Origin: an uncultured delta proteobacterium | GTDB lineage: Bacteria; Desulfobacterota; RBG-13-43-22 | Direction: 5' to 3' | Assembly: GCA_963711835.1 (NCBI GenBank) | Contig: CAVQFQ010000006.1 | Span: forward strand, 101,213-165,212 | Length of the DNA: 64,000 nt | Part shown: piece after piece, positions 19,481 to 31,100 of the stretch | Layout: every line of letters begins with the position of its first letter | Numbering within the stretch: the stretch's first letter is position 1 | Made by a program: the position numbers and the translations under genes | Notes under the pieces: model-generated | What the model was told of the DNA's origin: nothing | Seen by the model: only the letters and a program-made list of their open reading frames with translations | Databases searched by the model: none

Positions 19481-20023
19481 ATGAATTGTTTTTTTAAAAC
19501 CCTTATTTTTTCGTTAGGCGCTTGTGTTTTGTTGATGGGAACCCCATCCTGGGCCACCGACCCCATTAAAGTGGGTGTCCTGGACCTGCAGAAATGTCTC
19601 AATCAATCCGAATCCGGGAAAAAGGCCTCCAAGGCCCTACAGGATAAATCGGACCGGATCAAGAAAGACCTGAGTACCCGCCGGGATGAGCTGAAGAAGG
19701 GCGAGGAAGAATTGGCTAAAAAAAGCACCGTCCTGAGTGCCGACGCCAGGAGGGACAAAGAAAAGGAGTTGCTCCGAAAGAGGGAGGACTTCCGGGACTT
19801 AGTCCAGGAGAAAGAAGAAGAAATGCGCAAGGATGAATACAACGCCATGCAGCCTCTTCTGAACGAGCTGTTCGAAATAACCAGCAAACTGGCCAGGGAT
19901 GAGGGGTATACCATGATCCTGGAAGCCAAAAGCGGGGTGGTCTACTTCAGCAAGACCGTCGAAATTACGGATAAGATCATCAAGCTCTTTAATGAAAGCA
20001 AGAAAGTAGAAAAGAAGAAATAG
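19481..20023 (+). CDS. skp: Periplasmic chaperone Skp/OmpH
   Basis: Signal peptide, coiled coil, EITDKII end, position after bamA. Confidence 0.88.
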   Translation: MNCFFKTLIFSLGACVLLMGTPSWATDPIKVGVLDLQKCLNQSESGKKASKALQDKSDRIKKDLSTRRDELKKGEEELAKKSTVLSADARRDKEKELLRKREDFRDLVQEKEEEMRKDEYNAMQPLLNELFEITSKLARDEGYTMILEAKSGVVYFSKTVEITDKIIKLFNESKKVEKKK

Positions 20024-20025
20024 GC

Positions 20026-21111
20026 ATGAGTCCTTCATCCCAGGTGACCCCGGGCGTTACCCTGGAGGAGTTAGCCCAACTGCTTAAGGGCGAGGTTCGG
20101 GGATTCTGTGAAGAAAAGATTACCGGAGTGGCGCCTATCCGAGAGGCCCGCCGGGGGGAGATCACCTTCCTGGTCAATCCCAAATATGCCAACGACCTTA
20201 AAACCACCCAGGCCTCGGCCGTCATCGTAGGGCTTCAGGCCGCGGAGACCGGCAAGCCGGTCATTGTGACCCGAAATCCCTATCTGGCCTATGCTCTGGC
20301 GGCGACCTTTTTTGCTCCCAAACCCAGCCACCCCGTGGGGATCAGTCCCCTGGCCCAGATTGGGGAAAATTGCCGCTTCGGAGAAGCGGTCTCTATTTAC
20401 CCTTTTGTTTATCTGGGGAATGGGGTGGAGATTGAAGACCGGGTCGTTCTTTACCCGGGGGCCTATCTGGGGGACGGGGTTCGCATCGGCCGGGATTCCA
20501 TTGTTTATGCCAATGTCTCCATCCTGCAGGGGAGCCGTATCGGCCGGCGGGTCATCATCCATAGCGGAACCGTAATTGGAAGCGACGGCTTCGGCTTTGC
20601 CCAGGAGGGGGATCGGCATGTTAAAATCCCCCAGGTGGGCTCGGTCCAGATAGACGATGATTGTGAAATCGGGGCCAACAATACTATCGACCGGGCCGCC
20701 CTGGGGAAGACCTGGATCAAATCCGGAGTCAAAACCGACAACCTGGTCCATATCGCCCATAATGTAGTGGTGGGCGAGAATTCCCTGCTCATCGCCCAGG
20801 TGGGAATTTCCGGAAGCGCTGTCCTAGGAAAAAATGTGATCCTGGCCGGACAGGTTGGGGTGGCCGGACATATTGTGATCGGCGATCGGGTTATGGTCGG
20901 CGGCAAATCCGGGGTGGCCAAATCCATCCCCTCCGGTGAAGTGGTTTCCGGGAACCCGACTATGCCCCATCAGACCTATCTGCGCTCCCGAACCATCATC
21001 GCCCGTTTGCCTGAAGTGCTGAAACAGATACGGTCCCTGGAGGAACGGGTCCGTTTCCTGGAGTCCGAGATTGAAAAAGGGAGGTCTTCGATTCATGGAA
21101 ATAAGCAATGA
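20026..21111 (+). CDS. lpxD: UDP-3-O-acylglucosamine N-acyltransferase
   Basis: Hexapeptide repeats; GSDGFGF and [10 protein letters not shown]. Confidence 0.95.
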   Translation: MSPSSQVTPGVTLEELAQLLKGEVRGFCEEKITGVAPIREARRGEITFLVNPKYANDLKTTQASAVIVGLQAAETGKPVIVTRNPYLAYALAATFFAPKPSHPVGISPLAQIGENCRFGEAVSIYPFVYLGNGVEIEDRVVLYPGAYLGDGVRIGRDSIVYANVSILQGSRIGRRVIIHSGTVIGSDGFGFAQEGDRHVKIPQVGSVQIDDDCEIGANNTIDRAALGKTWIKSGVKTDNLVHIAHNVVVGENSLLIAQVGISGSAVLGKNVILAGQVGVAGHIVIGDRVMVGGKSGVAKSIPSGEVVSGNPTMPHQTYLRSRTIIARLPEVLKQIRSLEERVRFLESEIEKGRSSIHGNKQ

Positions 21112-21559
21112 GGAGATCCATCAGATTTTACCCCATCGCTATCCTTTTTTACTGGTAGACCGGATTCTGGATTACACCTTGAATGAAAAAATTACCGGTC
21201 TGAAAAACGTAACTATTAACGAGCCCTTTTTCCAAGGGCACTTCCCTGGCAAACCGATCATGCCCGGGGTCTTGATTGTGGAAGCCATGGCCCAAGTGGG
21301 TGGTATTTTGGCCTACAAGTCGGCGTCTCACCTTATGGAGCGGAGGCTGTTCTATTTCATGGCCATGGACAAAGTTAAATTCAGAAGACCGGTGGTCCCC
21401 GGCGACCAATTGATCCTGGAACTGGTAGCGTTGCGCCGCGGGCAGAGGGTCTGGAGGATGCAGGGAAAAGCCTTCGTCCGGGAGAACCTGGCCGCCGAGG
21501 CTGAACTAACGGCGGCGATTGCCGACGGTAAAGAGACCCTAACCGACGAGGAGGTCTAA
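21095..21559 (+). CDS. fabZ: 3-hydroxyacyl-ACP dehydratase
   Basis: [11 protein letters not shown] and [20 protein letters not shown]; start placed after the GGAGG RBS. Confidence 0.96.
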   Translation: MEISNEEIHQILPHRYPFLLVDRILDYTLNEKITGLKNVTINEPFFQGHFPGKPIMPGVLIVEAMAQVGGILAYKSASHLMERRLFYFMAMDKVKFRRPVVPGDQLILELVALRRGQRVWRMQGKAFVRENLAAEAELTAAIADGKETLTDEEV

Positions 21560-22344
21560 TGTCCCATTCTTTTATCCATCCGACTGCCATCGTCGATCCC
21601 CAGGCTGAAATCGGGGAGAACGTTTCCATAGGGCCTTACGCGGTTATTGAAGGCGAGGTTTTTATTGACGCCGGCAGCGAAATCGGGGCCCATGTCTATA
21701 TCGACCGCTATACCCGCATCGGCAAGAACTGCCGCATTTCTCCCTTTGCCTCCATCGGAACCCCCCCGCAGGATAAAAAGTTCAAAGGGGAGAAAACCGA
21801 GGTGTTGATCGGAGATGACAACGTTATCCGCGAGTTCGTGACCATCAATAGGGGTACTCCCGGGGGCGGCGGAGTTACCTCCCTGGGGGAAGAGAATCTG
21901 TTGATGGCTTATGTTCATGTGGCCCATGATTGCAAGTTGGGAAAGGGCATCGTGATGGCCAATGTAGCCACCCTGGCCGGGCACGTCGTTTTGGGCGATT
22001 ATTCGGTAGTCGGCGGCCTGGCTGCGGTCCAGCAGTTCGTCCGGATCGGGGCCCACGCTTTCATAGGGGGAAAAACCGGGGTGGTCCAGGATATCCCTCC
22101 CTATGTCATTGCTTCCGGAGAAAGGGCCAAGTTGTTTGGGCTGAACATCGTCGGTTTAAAACGTCATGAATTTTCCAATGAGCTGATCGGGGCCTTAAAG
22201 AAGGCCTATCAAATTGTAATTCGCTCTCACCTGACCATCCAGGAGGCGATGATTCGAGTCGAGAAGGAGGTCCCTTCTTTCCCGGAAATCAGCACCTTTT
22301 TGGAATTTATCCGCAATTCGCAAAGAGGTATCACCCGTCGATGA
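21559..22344 (+). CDS. lpxA: UDP-N-acetylglucosamine O-acyltransferase
   Basis: IHPTAIVD, PQDKKF, HVAHDC and GLNIVGLKR. Confidence 0.96.
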   Translation: MSHSFIHPTAIVDPQAEIGENVSIGPYAVIEGEVFIDAGSEIGAHVYIDRYTRIGKNCRISPFASIGTPPQDKKFKGEKTEVLIGDDNVIREFVTINRGTPGGGGVTSLGEENLLMAYVHVAHDCKLGKGIVMANVATLAGHVVLGDYSVVGGLAAVQQFVRIGAHAFIGGKTGVVQDIPPYVIASGERAKLFGLNIVGLKRHEFSNELIGALKKAYQIVIRSHLTIQEAMIRVEKEVPSFPEISTFLEFIRNSQRGITRR

Positions 22345-23150
22345 CCGGTCCTTCCCCGATTGGTCTGATTGCCGGGAACGGCAACTTCCCTTTGTTGATT
22401 GCCCGGGCCGCCCAGGCCGAAGGGAAAAAGATCGTGGCCGTGGCCCATCGAGGGGAAACCCGCCCGGAACTGGAGCCCCTGGTTGAAAAGATCACCTGGA
22501 TCCACCTGGGGGAGTTTGGGAAACTGGTTCGGGTTTTTAAGCAGGCAGGGGTAACGGAAGCCATCCTGGCCGGGGGGATCGATAAAAAGAAAATGTTTTC
22601 CAAGGTCCACCCGGACCTTAAGGGGATCAAGCTTCTGGCCAAACTGGCCCATCGCCGGGACGACTTTATTTTGAGAAGCGTGGCCTCCGAACTGGAGAAA
22701 GAGGGCGTCCGGATCCGTCCTTCAACCTCTTTTCTTCCCTCGCTACTGGCCCCTCCGGGGGTCCTGAGCCGCCGGCAGCCCTCTGCGGAGGAAGAAAAAG
22801 ATATTCGTTTCGGGTGGTCTCTGGCCAAGGAATTGGGGAAGTTGGATATCGGCCAATGCCTGGTGGTTCGAAATGGGGCCGTTTTAGCGGTAGAGGCCAT
22901 AGAAGGGACGGATGAGACCATCCGACGGGGGGGCCGGTTAGGCCGGGAGAAGACCGTGGTCATCAAGATCAGCAAGCCCGATCAGGACCTGCGTTTTGAT
23001 CTGCCGGCCGTTGGAGAACAAACCATTCAAACCATGCACGAGGTTAAGGCGGCGGTTTTGGTGATTGAGTCCCAGAAAACGATCCTCTTCGATCAAGAGG
23101 CCACGGTTAGTCTGGCCGACCGGTATCGGATGGCGATCGTTTCAAGATGA
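22341..23150 (+). CDS. lpxI: UDP-2,3-diacylglucosamine pyrophosphatase LpxI
   Basis: GLIAGNG, DIGQ, AVEAIEGTD and QDLRFDLP. Confidence 0.92.
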   Translation: MTGPSPIGLIAGNGNFPLLIARAAQAEGKKIVAVAHRGETRPELEPLVEKITWIHLGEFGKLVRVFKQAGVTEAILAGGIDKKKMFSKVHPDLKGIKLLAKLAHRRDDFILRSVASELEKEGVRIRPSTSFLPSLLAPPGVLSRRQPSAEEEKDIRFGWSLAKELGKLDIGQCLVVRNGAVLAVEAIEGTDETIRRGGRLGREKTVVIKISKPDQDLRFDLPAVGEQTIQTMHEVKAAVLVIESQKTILFDQEATVSLADRYRMAIVSR

Positions 23151-23191
23151 GCCCCCTCTACGGCAACCGGGGATTGGGGTAAGGAGAAAGT

Positions 23192-23470
23192 ATGGAGCCC
23201 AAGTTATTGAACATCGGTTTCGGAAATTCAGTGGTCTCGGACCGGGTCATCGCCATTTTAACCCCGGCCTCTTCGCCCATGAAGCGACTGCGGGAAGAGG
23301 CCCGGGAAGCCAAACGCCTGATCGATACCACTCAAGGCAGAAAGACGCGGTCCATTATCATTACCGACAGCAACCATGTCATTCTTTCGGCCATTCAGGC
23401 TGAGACCGTTGCCCAGCGCTATAGCCCGGATGGGTCGTCAAAAGAGGATGAGCCTAAAATTACCAAATAA
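23192..23470 (+). CDS. remA: RemA/DUF370 family protein
   Basis: LLNIGFGN and [21 protein letters not shown]. Confidence 0.9.
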   Translation: MEPKLLNIGFGNSVVSDRVIAILTPASSPMKRLREEAREAKRLIDTTQGRKTRSIIITDSNHVILSAIQAETVAQRYSPDGSSKEDEPKITK

Positions 23471-24041
23471 AACAGCCGGCAGCCTTTATGTTCTCTCCGG
23501 TCCTTCCGGGGTGGGCAAGACCACGATACGGAAGGCACTGCTTAAAAAAAATTCGGGACTGCATTTTTCCGTCTCCTGGACGACCCGGGCTCGGCGTCCC
23601 GGTGAAAAGGCCGGGAAAGATTATCGGTTTGTTTCGAAAAAGGCTTTTGAGGAAAAAAAAGAGGCCCGGGCTTTTTTGGAGTGGGCTCGCGTTCACCAGG
23701 AATATTACGGCACTCCCCGGTCCCCGATCGAAGGGTGGATAGCCAAAGGGGAAGATGTCATCCTGGATATTGATATTCAAGGCGCCCGGCAGGTCAAAAA
23801 GAGAATCCCGCAGGCCGTGACTATCTTTGTTCTTCCCCCTTCAACCCGGGAGCTCAGGAATCGTTTGGTTAAACGAGAAACCGAGCCGGCGGCCGAGCTG
23901 TTGCTGAGATTAAAAAATGCCGAAAAGGAAATGCAGTCCTGGCGAGCTTTTGATTTTGTCGTCGTAAATAAGGAAATTCGCACCTCCGTGGCGGCCCTGG
24001 AGGCCATCATCAGGGCCGGACGTTTCAGGGTGCGGGTTTAA
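23448..24041 (+). CDS. gmk: Guanylate kinase
   Basis: [21 protein letters not shown] and DIDIQGA; start at ATG 23448. Confidence 0.95.
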   Translation: MSLKLPNKTAGSLYVLSGPSGVGKTTIRKALLKKNSGLHFSVSWTTRARRPGEKAGKDYRFVSKKAFEEKKEARAFLEWARVHQEYYGTPRSPIEGWIAKGEDVILDIDIQGARQVKKRIPQAVTIFVLPPSTRELRNRLVKRETEPAAELLLRLKNAEKEMQSWRAFDFVVVNKEIRTSVAALEAIIRAGRFRVRV

Positions 24042-24106
24042 ATCGGAATTATTCTCAACAACACCTGATCCCTTTCTAATCCCATTCGGGGGAAAGACCC
24101 AAGTTA

Positions 24107-24898
24107 ATGTCCCTTTCCCAGGAACCCCTCTCGACTGAATGGATTTGGGGTAAACAACCCATCCTGGAAATCCTTAGAAGTCATCCGCACAAAATAAAGC
24201 AGGTTTTCATGCCCGCCTCTGACCAGGATCCCCTTCGGGAGGAAATAAGGGCCTTGTGCCGGCAGTTCCATATCCCCCTGACTTTTAAGGAAAGGTTCTG
24301 GTTTAATCAAAAACTGACCGGCTCTCCTCACCAGTCCGTAATAGCCCGGATGGAGAAAGAACAGCCCTTCCTGACCCTGGAGGCCTTCCTGGCCGGGATT
24401 AAAAATCTGCCGGGTCAATCCCCCCCGGTCCTCTTGGCTGTCGATCATGTCCAGGACCCTCGCAACCTGGGGGCCATGATCCGGACGGCCTACTGTGCCG
24501 GGGCGGGAGGTGTCATTGTGCCGAAAAAACGCGCCTGTCCGGTAACCGGCACGGTTCGAAAGGCGGCAGCCGGGGCCATGGAACATATGCCCTTGGTTCA
24601 GGTAAGCAATCTGGTTCGCACCGTGGAACGCTTGAAGGAACAGGGGTTCTGGTCCCTCAGCCTGGAGGCCGGAGCATCCCATTCCCTGTACAGCCTGGAT
24701 CTGACCCTGCCCCTGGTGGTGGTTATCGGGGGAGAAGGGAAAGGGGTCAGCCCCCTCCTTCAAAAAAGGTCCGATTGGGTGGCCTCGATTCCCATGGCCG
24801 GGAAGCTCTCTTCCCTGAACGCTTCGGTGGCCTGCGCGGTGGTGCTTTATGAAATCTTCCGGCAGCGCAGGGAAAAGATCAAACCGACTCATGGCTGA
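24107..24898 (+). CDS. rlmB: 23S rRNA Gm2251 methyltransferase (SPOUT)
   Basis: DPRNLGAMIR, GGEGKG and IPMAGKLSSLNASVA. Confidence 0.9.
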   Translation: MSLSQEPLSTEWIWGKQPILEILRSHPHKIKQVFMPASDQDPLREEIRALCRQFHIPLTFKERFWFNQKLTGSPHQSVIARMEKEQPFLTLEAFLAGIKNLPGQSPPVLLAVDHVQDPRNLGAMIRTAYCAGAGGVIVPKKRACPVTGTVRKAAAGAMEHMPLVQVSNLVRTVERLKEQGFWSLSLEAGASHSLYSLDLTLPLVVVIGGEGKGVSPLLQKRSDWVASIPMAGKLSSLNASVACAVVLYEIFRQRREKIKPTHG

Positions 24899-25012
24899 AA
24901 CCGGTTTTCCTTAAAAAAATACCGGATTCACCTTATTTTATTTTTGAACCTTTTCTGGTAGTGTCGTTTAAGGTAATAACCGCAATTTATTAATTGATGC
25001 AGGAGGAAACCA

Positions 25013-25405
25013 ATGAAAAAAAGTTTACTCGTTTTAGGATTGTTTTTATTTGCCGTCGGCAGCGTCTATGCCAAGGACTACGAGATAACCAAAAAAGCCG
25101 ATGATCTAACGGTTCAGGTCAGGATCGACAAGAATCCCCCCATAGTCGGACAAAACACGATGACCATACAACTCAAGGAAGCCTCCGGGAAAACAGTTAC
25201 CGATGCCAAGGTGAAGGTGGATTACAGCATGCCCCCTATGCCGGGCATGGCCCCTATGGATTACAAGACCGATGCCGAATTGAAAGGAACGGAGTACAAG
25301 GCCAAATTGAACTTCTCCATGGCCAGCGCCTGGAACGTGGTCGTTACGGTTACACCGCCTTCCGGAAAAGCCAAAAAGGTCCGGTTTAATGTAGATGTTA
25401 AATAA
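25013..25405 (+). CDS. Secreted FixH/YtkA-like protein with a Met-rich motif
   Basis: Signal peptide, VTDAKVKVDYSMPPMPGMAPM; first gene of the Cus cluster. Confidence 0.8.
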   Translation: MKKSLLVLGLFLFAVGSVYAKDYEITKKADDLTVQVRIDKNPPIVGQNTMTIQLKEASGKTVTDAKVKVDYSMPPMPGMAPMDYKTDAELKGTEYKAKLNFSMASAWNVVVTVTPPSGKAKKVRFNVDVK

Positions 25406-25486
25406 ATCCTTCCTTGATCAGGGGGTTGGCCGGTTTTGGGAGGACAGGCCCCTTTCCCGAAGGTTCGGCGCTATCGGAGGTTTTTC

Positions 25487-26747
25487 ATGAATGTAATGAT
25501 CTGGCCTTATTTTTATAATTATTTCAATTAGTTGTGTACTACCGGTCCGGGCTGCAGAGCTTCAGCTTCAGGAATTGATCCAGGAAGCCCTGAGTAAAAA
25601 TCCTGAAATCCTGGCTTCCCGGTTCCTGGTCAAGGCCTCCGAGCATAAAATCCCTCAAGCGCGCAGCCTTCCCGACCCCATGTTCATGACCGGCTATCAG
25701 AATGAAGGCTTCAGCGGCTACAAATACGGGGAGTCGTCCGATGCCCAGTGGATGTTTTCGATCTCCCAGATGTTTCCTTTTTATGGCAAGCGGGATTTGA
25801 AGGCTGAAATGGCCTCCAGGGAGAGCGAAGGCCTGAAGGCTTCTCTGGGAAGCCAGCGTCTCAAATTAATTGCCCGGGTCAAGGAACTCTACTTTGATCT
25901 TTTTCTGGCCTACAAGGACCGGGAAATTATCGGGGACAGGACCGATCTCTTCGCCAGGGTGGAAGAAGCGGCCCTGGCCCGCTACGCCAGCGGCCTGGGG
26001 CAGCAACAGGAAGTGCTCATGGCCCAGACCGAGAAATATATGCTGCTCGAAAAAGAGGAGATGTTAAATCAGAAGATCGAGGCCATCAACGGGATGATCA
26101 ATAGCCTCCTGAGCCGGGAAGTCGGGTCTCCCCTGGGCCGTCCGGCGGAACGGGCCGTTAGCCCTTTTCCCCAGGATCTCCAAGAACTCCTGAAACGGAT
26201 GAAAGAAGATTCTCCGGACCTGAAATCCAAAGAAAAGATGGTCCTGGGTGCCGAAAGCAAAATCCGGATGGCCGAGAAAGAATATTATCCCGATATCACT
26301 CTCAATGCCGGTTATTTTAAAAGAGGAGGAGAATTTGAAGACATGTGGAGCCTGACCGCGACCGTGAATGTACCCCTCTTTTATAGGAGTAAACAACGGC
26401 AGGGTGTCCTGGAGGCCAAGGCCCTCCGAGGTCAGGCTGAGGAAGAAATGACGGCCACCCAGAATATGCTGGCTTCCAGCCTGCGGGAAAATTACTCCAT
26501 GATGAAAACAGGGGAAAAGCTCATGGAACTCTATCAGCAGGGCTTGATTCCCAAGGCCCAGCAGGACTTCCGCCTGGCCCTGGCCGGGTATGGAACCGGG
26601 AAGGTGGAGGCCCTGACGGTGATCAGCCGTTTGAAGACCTTCCTGGATGTGGAGCTCCTGTACTGGGGACAACGGGTGGAGCGGGAAAAGGCTATCGCCC
26701 GCCTTGAGGCCCTGGCCGGAATCAAGGATCCGGCTTTGATGCCCTAA
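25487..26747 (+). CDS. TolC/CusC-family outer membrane efflux protein; apparent frameshift in the signal peptide
   Basis: ARSLPDP, ISQMFPFYGK and YYPDITL motifs; RBS and ATG at 25487 are out of frame with the body (ORF track start 25575). Confidence 0.8.
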
Positions 26748-26798
26748 AACCCGTCAAACGATTTTTGGTAAGAGATCAATTTGTAAGAAGCCCAAGGA

Positions 26799-27992
26799 AT
26801 GAGGAAAAGAATGAAAAAAATATTTTACCTGGCCGGGATCCTGGCCATTCCGATTATCTTTTTCCTCTTCGATTTTGAGGGAGCAGATGTTCCTCCGGCC
26901 TCGGCCCAGGTCCACCAGCATGCCGCCCAGGAAAAGGCACCGGCCAAGCCGGCGGCCAAACCGGAAAAACCGGAGCCGCCCCGGGAGGCCCCCACAGTAG
27001 AAATCATCCAGGAAAAACACGCCCTGATAGGAGTCAAAACCCAGCCGGTTTCCTTCAAACCCCTTCAGAAGACGATCCGCACCGTAGGGCGTATCGAATA
27101 CGACGAGCGGAAACTGGCTACCGTCAACGCCAAGTTTGAAGGCTGGATCGAGAAGCTCTACCTAAATTATACCGGGACCCGGGTTAAAAAAGGGGAACCC
27201 CTGGTCGAAATTTACAGTCCCGAGCTCTACGCCACTCAGCAGGAATTCCTGACCCTGCTGCGCTGGCAGCGCCCCAGGAAAGGAGAGGGGATAGAAGCCC
27301 TGGTGGCCGGTGACGCCGAACGGCTTTTGGAAGCAGCCAGGCAACGCTTGCGGCTCTGGGATATCAGTCAGGGACAGATCCGGAAAATAGAGGAAACAGG
27401 CCAACCCGTCAGGACCCTGGCCCTCTACAGCCCGGTCACCGGCGTGGTGGTCCAGAAGATGGCCGTCCAGGGGATGCGGGTCATGCCGGGGGAAAAGCTT
27501 TTTGATGTGGTTGACCTTTCCAGTGTCTGGGTCCTGGCTGATATTTACGAGATGGATTTGCCTCTGATCAAGATGGGGGAAACGGCCCTTATCCGATTGG
27601 ACTACTATCCAGGCAGGGCTTTTTCATCGAAGATCGACTATATTTACCCTACCCTGGCCGGAGAGACCAGGACCAGCAAAATCCGTTTTTCTCTCCCCAA
27701 TCCCCAGGGAGAACTGAAACCGCAAATGTATACCAATGTGGAAATAAAGATAAACCTGGGCAAGCGACTGGTCATCCCGGAAGATTCCCTGATCGACACC
27801 GGGATTCGAAAGATCGTTTATGTGGATAAAGGGGAGGGGAATTTTGAGCCCCGGGAGGTTTCAACCGGCCTTCGGGCCGACGGCTGGGTTGAGGTGCTCA
27901 AGGGCTTAAAGGCCGGTGAGAAAGTGGCCTCCTCAGCCACTTTCCTGATCGATTCCGAGGCGAAGCTAAAAGGAATCACACCCAGAAAGTAG
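26799..27992 (+). CDS. cusB: CusB-like RND periplasmic adaptor
   Basis: GWIEKLY, YSPEL, DLSSVWV, YIYPTL and FLIDSE. Confidence 0.88.
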   Translation: MRKRMKKIFYLAGILAIPIIFFLFDFEGADVPPASAQVHQHAAQEKAPAKPAAKPEKPEPPREAPTVEIIQEKHALIGVKTQPVSFKPLQKTIRTVGRIEYDERKLATVNAKFEGWIEKLYLNYTGTRVKKGEPLVEIYSPELYATQQEFLTLLRWQRPRKGEGIEALVAGDAERLLEAARQRLRLWDISQGQIRKIEETGQPVRTLALYSPVTGVVVQKMAVQGMRVMPGEKLFDVVDLSSVWVLADIYEMDLPLIKMGETALIRLDYYPGRAFSSKIDYIYPTLAGETRTSKIRFSLPNPQGELKPQMYTNVEIKINLGKRLVIPEDSLIDTGIRKIVYVDKGEGNFEPREVSTGLRADGWVEVLKGLKAGEKVASSATFLIDSEAKLKGITPRK

Positions 27993-28000
27993 CTTGCACT

Positions 28001-28075
28001 CTGAAAACAGGGAACAGGAATCCAAACGAATTTCTTGCGGATCTTGGACTTGGATCCCGTTTTCACGGGAATGAC
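28001..28075. repeat. Degenerate REP/dRS3-like element
   Basis: GGAATCCA...TGGATCCCGTTTTCACGGGAATGAC, related to 880-950. Confidence 0.6.
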
Positions 28076-28149
28076 TCCGAGGGAATCGGGTCCCTTTTAA
28101 TTTCCAACCCTTATGACCAATGAGCTATCACCTTCACTTGAGCTAATCC

Positions 28150-31100
28150 ATGATCACCAAAATCATCGAATACAGCGCCCGTAATAAGTTCATCATCTTC
28201 CTTCTGATGTTCTTTCTGGGGGCCTGGGGCTACTGGTCACTTAAGAATACCCCCCTGGACGCCATCCCCGATCTGAGCGACACCCAGGTCATCATCTTCA
28301 CCGAATGGCCGGGGCGCAGCCCGGACCTGGTTGAAGACCAGATCACTTACCCCATTACCTCCACCCTATTGGCTGCCCCCAAGGTTCAGGCCGTGCGGGG
28401 TTTTTCTTATCTGGGAAGCTCCTTCATTTATGTCATCTTTGAAGAGGGGACCGACATTTACTGGGCCCGCAGCCGGATCCTGGAATACCTTCAAGCCGTA
28501 AAAAATAAGCTTCCGGCCAACATTAACCCGATCCTCGGGCCCGATGCCACCAGCCTGGGCTGGGGATTTTCTTATGCCGTAGTCGATGAAAAAGGGAGCC
28601 TGGACCTGGCCCAATTGCGCTCCCTCCAGGATTGGAATCTGAAACTGGCCCTGGAAAGCGTGCCCGGCGTCTCGCAGGTGGCCAGCATCGGAGGGTTCGT
28701 CAAACAGTATCAGATCACCCTGGACCCCAATCGGTTGCGGGCCTACGGAATTCCGATAACCCGAATCATGGAGGCGGTCAGGAGAAGCAACCTGGATGTG
28801 GAAGGCCGGGTCATCGAATTTTCAGGGCTGGAATATATGGTCCGGGGCCGGGGTTATTTAAAAACCCTGGCCGACCTGGAAAATATCGCGGTCGGCACCA
28901 ACGGGGCAGGGACCCCGATCACCCTGAAGGAAGTGGCCCGCATCCAGTTAGGGCCTGAAATCCGAAGAGGCGTGGCGGACCTGGATGGAAAAGGAGAGGT
29001 GGCCGGGGGGATCGTAGTGGTCCGCTTCGGAGAAAACGTGCTTAATGTCATAGAACGGGTCAAGGAAAAGATCAAGAAAGACATTGAGCCGAGCCTTCCC
29101 CCGGGGGTAAAGGTCGTTACCACCTATGACCGGTCCGATTTGATCAATCGTTCCATCGCCACCCTCAAGGAAGAGATTATCAAGATCTCCATCGCCGTCA
29201 GCGCCGTCTGCCTGGTCTTTCTTTTCCATATTCCCAGCGCCCTGGTAATTATTCTCACCCTCCCCCTGGCCATCCTGATCTCCTTCATCCTCATGGGTTA
29301 CCTGAAAGTCACCTCGAATATCATGAGTCTGAGCGGCATCGCCATCGCCATCGGAGCCATGGTGGACGCCTCCATCATCATGGTCGAGAACGCCCATAAG
29401 AAACTGGAAGAATGGGAAGCTCTGGGGAGGCCGGGAAGCCGGGTCGAAGTGATCATTGAGGCTGCCAAGGAGGTGGGACCTTCCCTTTTCTTCTCCCTGC
29501 TGGTCATCACGGTCGGTTTTCTGCCTGTTTTCAGTCTCCAGGCCCAAGCCGGGAGGCTTTTCAAACCCCTGGCCTATACCAAGACCTTTGCCATGCTTTT
29601 TTCCTCCTTTCTGGCCGTTACCCTGACGCCGGTTCTGATGACCCTTTTTATCCGGGGCAAGATTCGGTCTGAAGATCGGAACCCGGTCAGTATCGTCCTC
29701 CACAAGGCCTATGAACCGGTGGCCCGGATGGCCCTGAGATTCAAGAAGACCGTCATCCTCCTGGCAGTCATGGTCCTGGCCTTGACGGTCTATCCCTTTC
29801 TCAAATTGGGTTCGGAATTCATGCCGCCTCTCTATGAGGGTACCCTCTTCTATATGCCGGTAACCGTACCGGGGGCCTCCGTTTCGGTGGTCACCGATCT
29901 CCTGCACCTTCAGGACAGGCTTCTGAAAGGGATCCCGGAAGTATCCCAGGTCTTCGGGAAGGCCGGGAGGGCCGAAACGGCCACCGATCCCGCTCCCCTG
30001 GAGATGTTCGAAACCGTCATCAACCTCAAGCCTGAATCCCAGTGGCGGAAGGGAATGACAACGGAACAGCTCATCAATGAAATGAACGAGGCCCTGACCA
30101 TTCCCGGAGTGGCCAATTCCTTTACCATGCCCATCAAGGCCCGGATCGACATGCTGGCTACGGGCATCCGGACCCCGGTGGGGATCAAGGTGCTCGGACC
30201 CAAGCTCGAAGAACTGGAAAGGATAGGGCTGGAACTGGAGCATCATCTCAAGGGCATCCGGGGGACACGAAGCGTTTACGCCGAAAGGGTAACCACCGGC
30301 TATTTCCTGGACATTAACGTCAATCGCCAGGAAGCGGCCCGCTACGGTCTGGCGGTGGAGGATATCCAGGAGGTCATCGAGGCCGGTATCGGCGGCATGA
30401 ACATCACCACCACGGTCGAAGGCCGGGAGCGCTATCCGGTCAACATCCGCTATGCCCGGGAGTTGAGGGGCGATATCGACAGCCTGAAGAGAGTCCTGGT
30501 GCCGGTCACGATGGGCAATCCAGGGGGAACCCCGGCCAACCCTGCTTCCGGGGGCATGCCGGGAAGTTCCGCCCCGGCGCCCTTGCAGATCCCCCTGGGT
30601 CAACTGGCTGATATAAAAATTGTCCCCGGACCTACGGCCATCAAGAGCGAAGAAGGACTTCTGACCTCTTACGTATATATTGATTTTTCCGGGCGCGATG
30701 TGGGCGGCTATGTCCAGGAGGCCAAGGAGAAGGTGGCCTCCTTAAAAATCCCGGAAGGTTACCGGCTGGTCTGGAGCGGCGAGTATGAATATTTGATCAA
30801 GACCCATGAAAGGTTAACGTTGGTAATTCCCTTAACCCTCCTGGTCATTTTTGTCCTGATCTTTTTTAATACGAAATCGGTTACCAAAACCATTATTGTC
30901 CTGCTGGCTGTTCCCTTTTCCCTGGTAGGTTCCTTCTGGTTTCTCTATCTGCTCAACTATAACATGAGTATCGCGGTCTGGGTCGGGATCATCGCCCTGG
31001 CCGGACTGGATGCCGAAACCGGCGTGATTATGCTCCTCTACCTGGACCTGGCTTATGAACAGTGGCGAAAAGAGGGACGGTTAAAAGGGCTCAGCGATTT

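Noticed and set aside
28948-30603. 551-aa antisense ORF inside cusA, and similar long antisense ORFs in aor, tctA, rlmB and the thiolase
   Set aside because: Shadow frames expected from GC-rich codon bias opposite well-supported genes.
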